NCBI RefSeq assembly: GCF_006345805.1
Contig: NC_043003.1
Coordinates: forward strand, 43,772,001-43,836,000
Source: Octopus sinensis
Taxonomy: Eukaryota
DNA: 64,000 nt
Reading direction: 5' to 3'
The notes beneath the pieces are model-generated. The model ran no database searches and was not told the origin of the DNA. It saw nothing but the letters and a program-made list of their open reading frames with translations. Below, in pieces: positions 1-13,559 of this stretch. Numbering within the stretch: the stretch's first letter is position 1; each line of letters opens with the position of its first letter. The translations under genes were made by a program, and so were the position numbers.

Positions 1-319
1 GCCTGGCAAAACACAGCAGTGACCTTATTCACAGTATATTCTTTTAAATCTCGTATTGAGATCTATGTAATAACAGTACTGGATAGGAAACTTGATCTGC
101 TAGCATAAGAGTTTCTGAGATACAGTAGTCACTCATCGAAATCTGCTGTTTTAAGTTTTACGCGAGAAAGGGATCCAGTGAAATGATCCAACAGACAAGT
201 AGAAATAATAACACAGATGCTTACAGATCTCATCATTTCATTATTAACTATATTTTACCTAGCACATACCACACAACCCCACACACACGTATGTGTGTGT
301 ATGTGTGTGAGTGCGTGCG

Positions 320-350
<31 letters not shown>

Positions 351-1429
351 TTTCAAGCAGGTCAAGTACTTTTTAGCATGTAACACAATGATTGTCATGG
401 TAGATTCCGAAACTACTGAAAGAGAATATATTGTTGATAAAAGATTGACGTTATTTATCACCAACGGCTTAATAATTTTCTTTTTTCCGTGGATAAACAA
501 ATTCAGAGTATAAAGTAATCTACAGTACTACACCACTTTACATTCTACCTGTGTTGGCCTTGCATATATATGGAAATGCATATTTATTTTTGGGGGCGGT
601 TTATGGGGGTGGAAATACGGTCAAGTAGAAACAAAAGAGCAGAGAGCAGGTGAATGAAGAAAGAAACACGAATGTTAGTCTCCTTCTTCAGCTCACGATT
701 TCAGCACATTAATCAACACAACACAGTATTTATTGTACACGTAGATTTATGAAAAATACAATCAGGGCAAGTTGTTTTGATAGTAGGATGCTACGAACGT
801 ATTTAACCAACGAGGCAAAATAAAAATTCACAAATACTTTGGTGTAACAACATTTAATTCTGTAAAAACACGCAAAATATTTCGCTATGATGGATATGGT
901 AACTAAACGTATGATGAAGTTATGAAGGTTATTCAACAGTAAAAGGTTTTCGGATGGAGAGAGAATATAATCAATAAATTAAGAATCAGGAGGTGATAGT
1001 ATTGGAGGTTTGTCCTTAAACATGCAGAAATATATAGTGAATAATGAAGTAACTGAGTACCAATCCTATTGAAAACAAACAAAAGAAAAAGCTTAGTTAG
1101 TAGTGAATTGGTAAAAACTAATTGGTTCTCAAGGCTAACATAAGAATTTTTGTTTAACAGTATTCAGTACACGCTTATTGTACTGAGATACATGACACTG
1201 GCAAATCTTTCACATTTTTCTTATATTATTTCTCTTCCGTTTGCACAAATTAGCGAAGCAATAAATGAGCTTTCTCTGTTTTGTACATGTTTAAACATCA
1301 CCTACAGCTTCAGATAAGGTTGGGCAACTGCTGTATTGGTCTATCGGAGAAAAGCATATTCACGCCGGCCCTTGTCTCTCAAGTTAATTATCCAGCATAT
1401 CCAGCGTTTTCTAAAATGACCCGTCAAAT

Positions 1430-1570
1430 CTGGATACTCCGCCGAAGTCGATTTTGCCTTTCATCCTTATTAAGAGGTCGATAAAATAAGTGCCGGTTGA
1501 TTACTAGTGTCGATATAATCGTCTTGATATCTCCCCAAAACTTGCTGGGCTCTCGCCACAATTTGAAATC
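1430..1570 (+). mobile_element. SINE-like interspersed repeat fragment (family D: ccgccgaggtcgactttgcctttcatcc core)
   Basis: tactccgccgaagtcgattttgcctttcatcc...gtcgataaaataagt; the same motif recurs at about 13600, 17050, 17780 and 19860-20530. Confidence 0.65.
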
Positions 1571-2772
1571 AATATATCCGTAGAAGTTCTCTTGCGCTCT
1601 CGCTCTCTCTCTCTCTTTCGCTGTATATGTGTTTTGAGTGTGTGATTGTATGTGAATTTAATTATATGTATTAAAACATGCTCAAATATACTATATACCC
1701 ATGTATATGCTTACATATATACATAAAGATATATTATATATCCAGAGAGAATGAGAGAGAGAGGAGGTACGGGATGAGGAGAGAGAGACAGGGAAACCTA
1801 TACCTGAGATTTAAGCGAATATTTTATATATCTGTTTATAGATGATGATTAGACGAAGTAAAACGCTTGTTTATACTAGCACACATGTATATCAATTTCC
1901 TCTTGTATTACACACTCTGAAGTCGTAGCATCCATACAACACTCAGCCTCTTTTCTAGCAACCTATTTGCAATTGCAACGTGTTTACGTTTCCTTTGAAC
2001 GAACATGTTTCTACCAGTCTTTTCACCCATATATATTTATTTATCTACCTTACATTTACAAGTTGAATCAACATCCCCAACTTTGGCAAACGAAATGTCT
2101 CTCTTTATTTCAACTTAATGTAACACAAATATACACCACTTCAGTTGTTGTATATGTTACTATCTCCCAGCTACTAATGCTTCCAATGAAACCTCCTTTG
2201 TTCAGAACTAACTTAGATATAATCAGAGTTCAACAGCCCATCATATAAATCTAAACAACGTTGACATTTAATAAACAATAAATAAATATTTCCTACATTA
2301 AAAGTCTGCTAACTCATAATTTCCTCACCTACTTGAAATCAGTTAAAACACTGGCATATAGACAGCTCATAGCTTTGAAAATCTATAGGATGAACGAAAC
2401 AATTTCAATAAACACATGGATAATATTTCCTGCCATTTCAGAAATTGCAACATTGATTTCATATGACTGGAATGTACGTCATCAGATTTGATGATGAGAA
2501 GGTTACAGGATATATTAAACAAACCTCGCGAGAAGGACATTATACAACTAAGATTATAGAATTAATGCATCCAGGCATACATAGACATACGTACACTCAC
2601 ATATATTCGTATATGTACGTATTTATATATGTGTGTGTGTGTATATACATATCAATGTATATCTATCTCACTCTCTCTCTATATATATATTATACATTAT
2701 ATATATTATATATAATATAATATTATATATTATATACTATATATATATATTATATATCATATATATATATAT

Positions 2773-3078
2773 ATCACCATGATCACCGTGACTGGCCAGG
2801 CTTTAAGATGTTGCTGCACATCGCTGGTCACAATGCGCTTCGCATTGTTTTAACCTTCAAATGACCCCATACCGATGGCTAAGCGAGCAGGCCAATAGAA
2901 GAAAGAATAAGAGAAAGTTGTGGCGAAAGAGTACAGCAGAGATCACCCCCCACCCTGTCGGAGCCTCGTGGAGCTTTAAGTGTTTTCACTCAATAATCAC
3001 TCACAACGCTCGGTCTGGGATTTGAAACCGCGATACTACGACAGGCGAGTCCGCTGCCCTCTAGGCCATCGCGCCTCC
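2773..3078 (-). mobile_element. tRNA-derived SINE (family A), near full length
   Basis: Minus strand starts ggaggcgcgatggcctag...ggtttcaaatcccagaccg (A/B-box-like tRNA head); clearly homologous to 33063-33354; flanked by (TA)n. Confidence 0.85.
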
Positions 3079-3084
3079 CCCCCC

Positions 3085-3142
<58 letters not shown>

Positions 3143-3199
3143 TACATATACATAGACTGATATTTATATTTATATATATATAGGTGGGTTTCAGTGGGT

Positions 3200-3365
3200 A
3201 AGTCTGTGTGCGTAGTCCGCATGGTATTTCTGTCTTGCACGGATTGTCAACCAGCGTTTGTCTGATTGCATCCCTGTAACTTAGTGTTTCGGCATAGATA
3301 CAGCAATGAAATAAATTTCAAAATTAAATAATAGTTGATCTGATCGATTAAACTTTCAAAAGTAA
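3200..3365 (+). mobile_element. Degenerate SINE body fragment (family B related)
   Basis: ttgtcaaccagcg...catccctgtaacttagtgtttcggca resembles the body of the SINE at 11510-11726. Confidence 0.45.
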
Positions 3366-4082
3366 TTGCCGAAAATGAAGAGTAATTCAGTAAGTGAAAC
3401 ACAGTAAAGAAACGAAAAAAACATATTGGTTTTCTTCAACAGACTTGGCATAAAACACGTTTTTTTCGTCCTGTTTCTCCTATTTCTTCTTTTTCTCCTC
3501 TTATTTCTTTTTCGAAATATCTTACTTTGTGAAGAAATTATTCCGGCTGAAGCCTCAAAGACTTCTCCTTCTTTTTAATCATTCACTGTTATTAATCTAG
3601 TAATTTCCATTTCGCTCTATTGTCTACCTAAATTTGTTAAACCTATATACACATACATATGCTTATGTAAACGTTCATTTGTTTGTGTGTATGTCTGTTT
3701 GTGTGTGTCTGTACGTGCTTGTTTGTGAGTGCATGTTTTTGTCTGCGTGTGTGTTTGTGTTTGTGTGTGTGTGTGTTTGTGTGTTGTGACAGTGGTGGAG
3801 AACGAATAGGTTATCATGACATGACTGCTTCTCTGAGATTTGCTAATTATATTTTTGTTGCGAATTTTGATAGTTTAACTAATTTTACATATTTGATATT
3901 TTGGATAAATAGGATGATATTACATATGGATTAGGCTTGTATGTAAAAAAAAAAACCAAAGTAATGCAAATGCTGTACCAAAGAAACAGAAGAATCGTGG
4001 CTTGTCATACATTCAAACCATGACGTAACTTAAGCTTTTTGGAACTACTCTATACTGTAATTAAGCAAACTTTAGTGGCAAT

Positions 4083-4190
4083 ACACATACATACATACAC
4101 ACACACGTACATACATACATACATACATACATACATACATACATACATACATACATACATTCATACATACATACATATATACATACATAT
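4083..4190. repeat. (CATA)n microsatellite
   Basis: Direct reading. Confidence 0.95.
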
Positions 4191-4971
4191 AGAGCAAACG
4201 GCTACTGTCAGTTGGGTGTGAACACACACACATACACACAGACATAATCAGACACACAGACATACATACAAACAAATAAACATTTATATAAGCATTTGTA
4301 TGCTTATATAGGCTTAACAACACACACACATATGCTACATCAGGTTTGGATGATCTAGTCCCTGGAGAGGTTGTCTTTTATATGTGTAATTTGTGAAAGA
4401 GAAAAACAATTATTTGACAAAAGTTTCTTCAAAACTTCCTTTGTTTTATACATTAAGTAGAATATTCTCTCAATAGCTGGATTTAAAGGATCATTATTTT
4501 ATGACAGAATGCGCACTATATTACAAATGAGTACCATCAGATTGAAAATCATATTAGGATTTAACACTGAAAGCATCGGAGAAGAAAGAAGGTACTGCCC
4601 AGAGGTTTCGGAAATATACATCGAATAATGAATTTAATAACAAAGCAACACTATTTCTATGAAACACCTGTGTAATGCTTCTTAATGACTTATTTCTCTA
4701 CGATTGACAGCTCGGCATCTGTTTACAGCTTTGAACATGTTGAGAATTGGATTTCCGTTTTTCTCGTGTTACAATGAACACACGGTCATTGTAACATTGT
4801 GAAAATGAAACATGCACACTAGAATGTAAAATAGTTAAGGTTTAAGTATACTCACAATGTTAACTCAAAGAGTTTGGAGTAGAGAAGTTTGGCACTTTCT
4901 TCTGACACTATGCAAATCAAAATAGAATCCCGAGAATATTTCAACTCTATCATAATAATGAAAAGAAAAAT

Positions 4972-5210
4972 AATTGCAACGTGGAAGGTGTTTATAAGCC
5001 ATTTAAGAAACACACGAAAACTGTTAGATTCACTTCAGCATTTAAATCTAATTTGACAAAATATTTTCGTCGCTTTGAGACCGCGACCTGTTCACTGAAA
5101 AATAATTAGTGCTGCATCTATTTTGACAACTTAAATTTAAATTTCGAAGTGAATCTAACGGTTTTTGTGTGTTTCTTGAATGGCTTATAAACACCTTCCA
5201 CGCTGCAATT
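4972..5210. mobile_element. MITE-like palindromic element with about 90-bp inverted arms
   Basis: aattgcaacgtggaaggtgtttataagccatttaagaaacacacgaaaactgttagattcacttc (from 4972) is the imperfect reverse complement of gaagtgaatctaacggtttttgtgtgtttcttgaatggcttataaacaccttccacgctgcaatt (to 5210). Confidence 0.8.
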
Positions 5211-5759
5211 GTTTTCGTTCCAGCACACGATCTCAGATCAGGTCACTTGTTATGCAAGTACATCTCCGTGAAAAAAAAATGGTAAAGAGAAAACAGAAGA
5301 TATACTGTGAAAATATGTGCTTTTGTCTTCTGCTTTAAGCGACTTGTATCCGTCAAGATGACAAAGATACAAAAATAACTGATATTGGAAATCGTTATAT
5401 AAATATAATCCACAAGTATAAAAGAGAAATCTGAAGTATAAAACGAAACTACATTTAGACACTATCAGGTATTTGGATCACAAGAATCACTGAATCTTAC
5501 TTAACTTAACACTATTTGGAGCGAAGCAAATGTGAGGGTTAGTCTTCCCGATTTCACGAGGTACATATCGTTTTAACGTATCTTTCTTAGTATTATATCT
5601 ACCCGGATCTTGAACACATATCAGAAACTTAACTCTAAAGTGGCGTTTTTATAGGTTATATTAACAATTTACCAAGATTGTTTCTTATATTAATGGACGC
5701 TACCATATGCAGGTCTCAACCATTACTGAGACCGTGAAAACCCAGCTCAAAGAGAGAAC

Positions 5760-5800
5760 GCCGACATATTTTTCATTGATTTCTTACAATCCTTCAAGAC
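5760..5800 (-). ncRNA. Decayed type I hammerhead ribozyme relic
   Basis: Minus strand gtc-TTGAAGG-attg(taagaaat)caat-GAAA-aatatg-TC-ggc; stem II intact, core and stem III mutated. Confidence 0.35.
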
Positions 5801-6449
5801 AGACGATCATTGAAAATATATTAATCAATAAATCTGTCGAATTGGGAAATTATTGGAACAGTTGGAGCAAGAGTGCTAATGATTATCGAACATTAGATAA
5901 TATCTTAAATTTTGCTCCCCTTACTGTATATAAAGGTATCGTTCAGCTACAAACATTTCGAAGATTAGCTGATACATTTAGTATCTGTAGAGCGGGTGGT
6001 GATTATGATCACAGATACGTTTCCTTAAAGTTTAAGATCAGGCCCAACGAAAAGCATATTTAGTCGATCTGAGTAAAAGTCCCTGAATAGGTTGTCATAA
6101 ATGTCCACCCCAGTATACAAGTCATATGCGTATATGCTTTTGTAGTTAAAGGTGGCGTGAGGATGTAGGGTTGCAAGAGAGGGGTAGGGTATTCGTTTGG
6201 AAGGGTGGGTTTGTGTTAAAAATGATTACGGAAGACAAGAAATGGTTTTTCATCGTATTTTGGTTAGAGAATAGAGTGATTCTGGTAGGAACTAGGCTTA
6301 TGTTTACAGTGCAACCAGTACACTACACTGATAAGGTATGATCAAGACTCACTTTTAGACTTTATATAGGAAAATGGGTGAAGAATCAAAATATTCTTTT
6401 CTCAGTCAACCACTGTTCGTCTCATTCTACTGCTGTAAAAGCAATGTCT

Positions 6450-6820
6450 GTACATTCTCAGTATTCTCAACTTGATATGATGTATCAAGATTTGTGTGAC
6501 AAATTGTGGTTTTGAATATCGTCCTGAAGAAATCTTCCATATAAACCCCAAGAAGATTATTTACTGCATAAATGTGATGAAATTCGTCCAGGGCGTGATG
6601 TTAATAACCCGTAAATACATTTCTCCTCGTGCATTTTGAATACTGAAAGTGTTGCATATTCTGAGAATATGCATTTTCAAGTCTTTTTCAAAATCGCAAC
6701 CGTTTGATACAGGGTATTCGGTGAGTTCTGTGGACCTACTATTATTGTGCCTGACGTCATATTTCTGCCCATTGAATCTTTTGATTAATTGTTCTGCTAT
6801 ACAACCATCATAAATCATGT
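6450..6820 (-). mobile_element. Penelope-like element fragment, GIY-YIG endonuclease (degenerate)
   Basis: ORF 6561-6818 IYDGCIAEQLIKRFNGQKYDVRHNNSRSTELTEY...RGEMYL follows the PLE EN pattern YIGxT...RFxxH...STxLSxH...RExxxI. Confidence 0.65.
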
Positions 6821-6829
6821 TGTTGTTAT

Positions 6830-7910
6830 TAGTATTTATTTGTAAAACGGTGTGGGTTATAATGCACCGGAGTCTTTAGTTATCTGTAAAGTCACAACAA
6901 AGACCTCAGACAGTTATCTGTTAAGTCACAACAAGGAACTCAGAGAGATGATACTTTGCAATGTGCCCAATAAGCCTGCGTTTCGCAAGACATCAGTCTT
7001 GCATGGGATTTCCAGTTGTCTTCAGAAGTCTTGATGTTTCAGTGAGATTGAGCTCAACGCTCCGATCACCACTAGTATATATATATATTTACTCCCGAAT
7101 TCCATAGTCTTGCCATTTCCACTTTCAATTCGAAGTACTTGGTGATTTTTTTTCAACCTCTTTACGACATTCATGTTATTTGGTATGGCTACATCAATGA
7201 TCTGACAGTCTTTTTCTCTCTTGTTCAATATCACAATATGCGGCCGACATTGTTCGATTACATGATCCGCATGAAAGTCATAGTCCCATAGTATCGTTAA
7301 TTTTCCATCCGGCTGCAGAACTTTCCTTGGAACATGATCATACCAGTTTTCTGTTAGTTCATATTGGTATTTACGGCATAAGAGCCAATAAAGGTACACA
7401 CAAATTATCGAGGCGGCATTTGTATCCTTTTCATGCAGGGTTCTCACATCCACTTACAAAGTGGGTCACATTTTCCACACTCTTTCCACTGAATCTGCAT
7501 TTCTTGGTGTCAGAAGTTTTATAGATGTTATACTTCACTGACTTGGTAGCGAGAGCCTGGTCTTGTACAGCAATGATCAGGCATTCCGGGGTACGCTTCA
7601 AATCACCTCACTCAAGCCATGCCCACAATGCTGTATTATCGCTAACGTCCTATGTATTCCTTTCAAAATGTCCATGCATTCTCATTTCAAGAAGGTCTTC
7701 TTTTCTCTTCTCTTCAGCATTTCACCTCCATTTTCACCTATATATTTCGCGGCATATTGCTGTAGGTCTTCATCACTATTTATAAAATACTCGCCAAGCG
7801 TTTTCTTTCCAATTCTTATACAGGGATCTATACCAATTAGTCCTCTGCCACCATTCTTTCTTTTCATATATAGTCTGTTTACGTTTGCTTTAGGGTGTAG
7901 CGCTCCATGT
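6830..7910 (-). mobile_element. R4/Dong-like non-LTR retrotransposon, 5'-truncated, with restriction-like endonuclease domain
   Basis: GALHPKANVNRLYMKRKNGGRGLIG (7682-7910); WYDHVPRKVL..LTILWDYDFHADHVIEQCRPHIVILNKREKDCQIIDVAIP..VVIGALS (7022-7453). Confidence 0.9.
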
Positions 7911-7950
7911 TATCCTCCTCCTCCTCATCATCATCATCGCCATCATAATA

Positions 7951-8100
7951 GATGTCGCTCAGTATACAATATCACGAGGTTGTTGAATGAAGATATTGTG
8001 TCTACTGGGGGTTTGAACTGTTTGTCAAGCCACAACAAGGACCCCAGACAGACTACTTTACGCAACATGCGTGCAGTTCCAAGTAATGCCGACTTTTGCA
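7951..8100 (-). mobile_element. Extreme 3' end of a second R4/Dong-like copy
   Basis: Minus strand encodes LQKSALLGTARMLRKV, then ctggggtccttgttgtggcttgaca, matching the 3' UTR motif of the 6830-7910 copy; bounded by (TCA)n and (ATT)n repeats. Confidence 0.75.
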
Positions 8101-8626
8101 ATTATTATTATTATCATTATTATCATGTTTGGCTTTTGTTTGTATTTGTACAAGTCTTACTCGGAGATTTCAAGAGACAACAAGTTACAAAGTTGAAGTC
8201 TGCATTATGATTAGGGTTTAATATCTTGTGTTTTGCATAAAATTATTATTCTACAGAGTGTCTGTCAGGACATAAGAAACTTTAAAGTTTGTTTCGAAAG
8301 TAATTTGATAAGATGATTGTGCGATCTTAAGATGATTGTAAAAGGTATTTGATATTAGGTACATTGAAATGTTCATCTGATAATGTTCACAGATTAAAAT
8401 GTTTTGGGAATTACATAGACAAAATTTTTCTTCTTTTTCTGTTTTTTTTTTCGTATTAATGTAATTACTGATTGATTCCTTAGAACATCAGACATAATTA
8501 CTTCTCAGTTGTTACATTCTTAATTCATCCTCCAGGTTTGATAAAATGAAATATCAGTAAAATACTGGTGTCGATAGTATCAACTGCATTCCTTCAAAAT
8601 TGTTAATGATTGCACTAAATCAAACA

Positions 8627-8707
8627 CTACTACTACTACTACTACTATTACTACTACTACTACTACTACTACCACCATCACCACCACCACCACTGCCACC
8701 GCCGCCG

Positions 8708-8740
<33 letters not shown>

Positions 8741-8752
8741 TTACTACTACAG

Positions 8753-8801
<49 letters not shown>

Positions 8802-8848
8802 CACCACCGCCGCCGCCGCCACCACCACCACCACCACCACCATCACCG

Positions 8849-8906
<58 letters not shown>
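8627..8906. repeat. Compound trinucleotide microsatellite (CTA/CCA/CCG/CTG)n
   Basis: Direct reading. Confidence 0.95.
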
Positions 8907-8907
<1 letters not shown>

Positions 8908-9164
8908 ATTACAATGCTTTTGAAGCCCTTTGAATCGGCATTGAGCAGTATGCCCTTTGAGAAAAAAGTCATGAGATTCTACATCATTAATTCCTTTCAC
9001 ATAAAAGATTGTCTGGAAGACAAATGACTCCAGACAAATCCGACTGCTCATCTTAAGATTGTCTGTGATACATTTTAACGTTAACTCCAATCCTGTTGTA
9101 TACATCTGTCTATTTGTTTGTACGTTTTCCGTCAGTTCTTTCATTTTCATGCTACGCAAAGAAA

Positions 9165-9182
9165 GAGAGAGAGAGAGAAAGG

Positions 9183-9232
<50 letters not shown>
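9165..9232. repeat. (GA)n microsatellite
   Basis: Direct reading. Confidence 0.95.
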
Positions 9233-9235
<3 letters not shown>

Positions 9236-10214
9236 TGTCGCCACCATACATTCATCCCACATCTCACCCACTTATATTTATCACTGTATAATCATAGTAT
9301 AATAACAAAAATATCTCTTTAATGTGATGGATGTGAATATAGTGAGTGTTGGAAGCATCTTAACGGAAATGTATTTAAACAGGAATAAAAACGAATACGA
9401 TTATAGCAAATGTTAGACAACAATATGAAAACAATACAAATAAATCAAATAAATACAACACATAATGTAAAAAATCGATTTCTTTATAGTCTAAGGAATA
9501 TTGTTATATGAATGTAATAAAGAACTGTGAAGTGCCAATACTACATAATTATTATTTTACGTTCAAGCATTGCTACATTTGTGTTTGTACTGAGGAGTAA
9601 AGGGTACAGTTCGTTTCCGGAGAGAAGAAATGGCGTATAGATTTCGTTATTTTTTGTTATGGCTATTACACCCTCACATTCCTTTACGAGGAAAGAGAAC
9701 GGCAATCAAAAATTGTATTATAGACTCTCATTAGAACTTTTGAAATTTAAGAAAGAAGAAAATGGCGAGTAGTTACTATCAGGTAGTTCCTTTCCTAAAA
9801 AAGGCGTTAGAATGCTAAAACAGAATATGCCAGAGCCATATATACTGGCAATTCTACAAAAATCATTCATTTGTCAATTATTAATTTATTCTTTCATTCG
9901 CAAATACATAAACACATACGTGCATATATTCACACATATGTATATGAATATACACACAAAACACACACACATGCACACACACACATGCACACAGACACAC
10001 ACACACAAACATGCACACACATATACATGAAAGCAAGCGGGTTGTCACACAAGTGGGCAGAGTTGTCGGAAGAGAATACTTTGCGACATTTGTTCTTTGT
10101 TTTTAAGTTTTATATTTAGTTATCCCCAAGGTCAACACCCAGAGTCCATAATAAAATGAATATTCGCGTTGTGTGGACACAATGCCATCGAGTAAACCAT
10201 CTAACTTCAATATT

Positions 10215-10480
10215 TCCTCTTCCTCTTCCTTCCCTTCTATTCTTCCTCTACCTCCTCTTCCTCCTCTTCTTCATCATCTTCCTCATGTTCTTCCTATTCT
10301 TCATCGTCTTCCTCATGTTTCTCCTCTTCTTCATCGTCTACCTCCTCTTCTTCCTCCTCCTCCTTCTCCTCCTCCTCCTCCTCCTACTACTACTACAACA
10401 ACAACCACTACTACTACTACTACTACTACTACTCGTACTACTACTACTCGTACTACTACTACTCGTACTACTACTACTCG

Positions 10481-10521
<41 letters not shown>

Positions 10522-10522
10522 G

Positions 10523-10600
<78 letters not shown>
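10215..10600. repeat. Compound trinucleotide array (CTT/CCT, then CTA with periodic CTCGTA variants)
   Basis: Direct reading; the cgta variant recurs at short regular spacing around 10430-10525. Confidence 0.95.
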
Positions 10601-10601
<1 letters not shown>

Positions 10602-11039
10602 GTTGGAAACCTGTTTAAGTTTTCTGTTTCTGAGTGTTTGTGCAATTAAACTTTAACATTGTCATAACATAGCCGCACAGCGGTTTGAAAACAATGTTTC
10701 GGTTGTAATAAGTATGTGTATATATTGCCCCTCTCCTACACTCTACAATCATTCATTCTTCAAAGGAGGTTCAGAGTTACGATTCCCGAACGAAGCATTT
10801 CTGGGGAAATACAAGCATCGTACTTCAAGTATTGGCTCTTATATCTAAGTTAATACACAGAAACATTCAGAAATCTATATCTATGTAAATGTGAGCATCA
10901 TTGTAATTGTGTGTGTGTGTGAATGTGTGCAGGTGGCTCTAGTGAAGGAAGAAATTCAGAGCAGCATCAGAACAAATCATTCTTTTCCATTAAATATATA
11001 AGTACTGCTGCAGTTATCAATAACTCTTGTCCGGTTGAT

Positions 11040-11089
<50 letters not shown>

Positions 11090-11249
11090 ATGTATATATA
11101 TATAAGAAATAGTGATACGACAAGGCCCAGTGGAAATCTGGAAGTGGCAGTCTACAAAGATACGACGCTATGTAAAGCCGCAATTTGCGCTGATTTGTTT
11201 ACCTGGTATGTGATACTATTGTATTGCAATGATAGTTTAAATTTTAATT

Positions 11250-11405
11250 GGAGTGGCTGTATGGTAAGTAGCTTGCTTAACAACCAGGTGGTTCCGGGTT
11301 CAGTCCCACTACGTGGAACCTTGGGCGAGTGTCTTCTACTATAGCCTCAGGCCTACCGAAGCCTTGTGAGTGGATTTGGTAGACAGAAACTGAAAAAAAG
11401 CCCGT

Positions 11406-11483
<78 letters not shown>

Positions 11484-11726
11484 AGTGTGTGTGTAAGTGT
11501 GTGTATATGTTAGCGTATCTTTGTTTGCCCTCCCCATCCCAAGATGGGTTGACAACCGATGCTAGTGTGTTTGCGTTCCTGTATCTTAGCGGTTCGGCAA
11601 AAGTGACCGGTAGAATAAGTACTAGTTTTACAAAGAATAAGTCCTGGGGTCGATTTTCTAGACTAAAGGCTGTGTTCCAGCATGGCCGCAGTCAAATGAC
11701 TGAAACAAGTAAAAGAGAGTAAGAGT
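11250..11726 (+). mobile_element. tRNA-derived SINE (family B) with internal (TA)n(TG)n tract
   Basis: Head ggagtggctgtatggtaagtagc...ccgggttcagtcccac; body gagtggatttggtagacagaaactgaa; tail ccagcatggccgcagtcaaatgactgaaacaagtaaaagag. Confidence 0.85.
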
Positions 11727-11799
11727 ATATATATATAGAGAGAGCAATGGGACAACGAAGCACTAATATTTACTGGTAATAGTAGTCGATATATATATA

Positions 11800-11839
<40 letters not shown>

Positions 11840-11850
11840 TATATATATAT

Positions 11851-11884
<34 letters not shown>

Positions 11885-11897
11885 AGTAAAAGTGATG

Positions 11898-12180
11898 AAG
11901 CATGGCTCAGTGGTTAGAACGTCGGGTTCACAAACATAGTGACTTCAATTCCTAGACCGGGATGTGTATCGTATTCTTGAGCAAGACAATTTATTTGATG
12001 TTGTTCCAGTTCACTCAGTGCCAAGCTGTATCGGCATTTACCTTTCCCTTGGAATACATCGGTGGCGTGGAGTGAGGAGTTTGGTTTGGAAGGGCAACTG
12101 TTGGTAGAGCTTGTGCTACGGAGGGGGAACTTCTAGGTGCAATACTAAGGTCACTCATGACCGAAAGTGGGTCTTAGCCC
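11898..12180 (+). mobile_element. tRNA-derived SINE (family C), degenerate
   Basis: A-box-like tggctcagtggttag, B-box-like cttcaattcctagaccg, then cttgagcaagaca...gttccagttcactcag core. Confidence 0.65.
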
Positions 12181-12484
12181 ATTTCTCTCTATATATAAAA
12201 GAATATTATATATCATCTGTGACTTCGAAGTTTTGGCCAGTTGAGCAACCTTTGGCAGTCTGACGTTGGAAGTCCCAATCAATAATATTCCTGTTTAGGA
12301 ATTTGTACTCTGCAAAAGTATAATGTCATCTATCAGAAAAATGTAAAAAGGTTTTACTCTAAACATTACCATACATAGCATACACACACACGCGAGCACG
12401 CACACATATATAGATACATGTATGGCTGTGTCTATGTATATCTAACTTTTTATCAATCTCTCTCCCCACCACTCTCTCTGTCAT

Positions 12485-12579
12485 ATATATGAATATCTAT
12501 GTGTGTGTGCTTGTGTCTGTGTGTATCTATATCAGTGTCTGTACATATGTACATATATACATACATACATACATATATA

Positions 12580-12638
<59 letters not shown>

Positions 12639-12684
12639 CATATATATATGTATGTATATATATACACATACATATATACATACA

Positions 12685-12764
<80 letters not shown>

Positions 12765-12850
12765 TACATAATTATATAAATATATATACACATGTTTATA
12801 CATTTATAGTTATGTATACATACGTATATATGTGTGTATGAATGTGAGTA
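12485..12850. repeat. (TA)n/(TG)n/(CATA)n compound microsatellite
   Basis: Direct reading. Confidence 0.95.
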
Positions 12851-13559
12851 TGGTTGAATATGTGCTTTGTCTGCGTATACATTGGTGTCTATGCCTGTAC
12901 GATATTTACAGTGTTGAAGCCTGATCATATTATAAGATTAGAAAGATCGAATTAATTATGATTGGCACATACTTTAATTATGAATAATCATACAGAGATT
13001 GAATAATTCACTTGACATTAATGAGCCGTGTCTAACATACATCGTGCTCGTCCAACAACCGCATGCCAGATTTTTATCTTAAATCTCTTACATATATATA
13101 TATATATATATATAACACACACATACACGCAGACACATGTGCATATACATACATTCCTATATATATGTAATGCACACAACACAGCTTGAATTAAGACTGA
13201 TGCAAATTTGAATACTAGACAGCCATGGCTGTGACTGGAAATTATAAATTTGTCAGCATATTCACTTTATACTATGGCGAATTGTGACAGACTTTTCTCG
13301 CAGGTTTTTGATCGTCTATCCGAGCAGACGATAAATGAATGTTTACAACCACACACGTGATTGCCCGTGCACACACACACACGCACACCCATACACACTT
13401 TCTGTACATCATTGCCTTCCGTATTTTCTTGGTCCTTTTCCGGAAAAGGCATGTTCCCCCTCACCTATTTTTGTTGTTTTGTCCCATTTATGACATTTTC
13501 CCCTTCTTCCCAATATGTCTCCGAAACGAAGGCGCCGAGATTGTGGAATCATAACTGCG

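Noticed and set aside
2440-2495. Possible micro-exon (tttcag|AAATTGCAAC...GGAAT|gtacgt)
   Set aside because: Splice-like signals are common by chance; no partner exons or recognisable protein
5707-6063. 118-aa ORF
   Set aside because: No recognisable motif; it overlaps a probable PLE 3' repeat on the opposite strand
7004-7030. CTGAAGA-caactg-GAAA on the minus strand
   Set aside because: Stem II is too short, there is no stem I/III or NUH, and it lies inside the Dong ORF end; a chance match
13434-13449. Perfect 16-bp palindrome ccttttccggaaaagg
   Set aside because: Isolated, with no context or second copy; cannot assign a function
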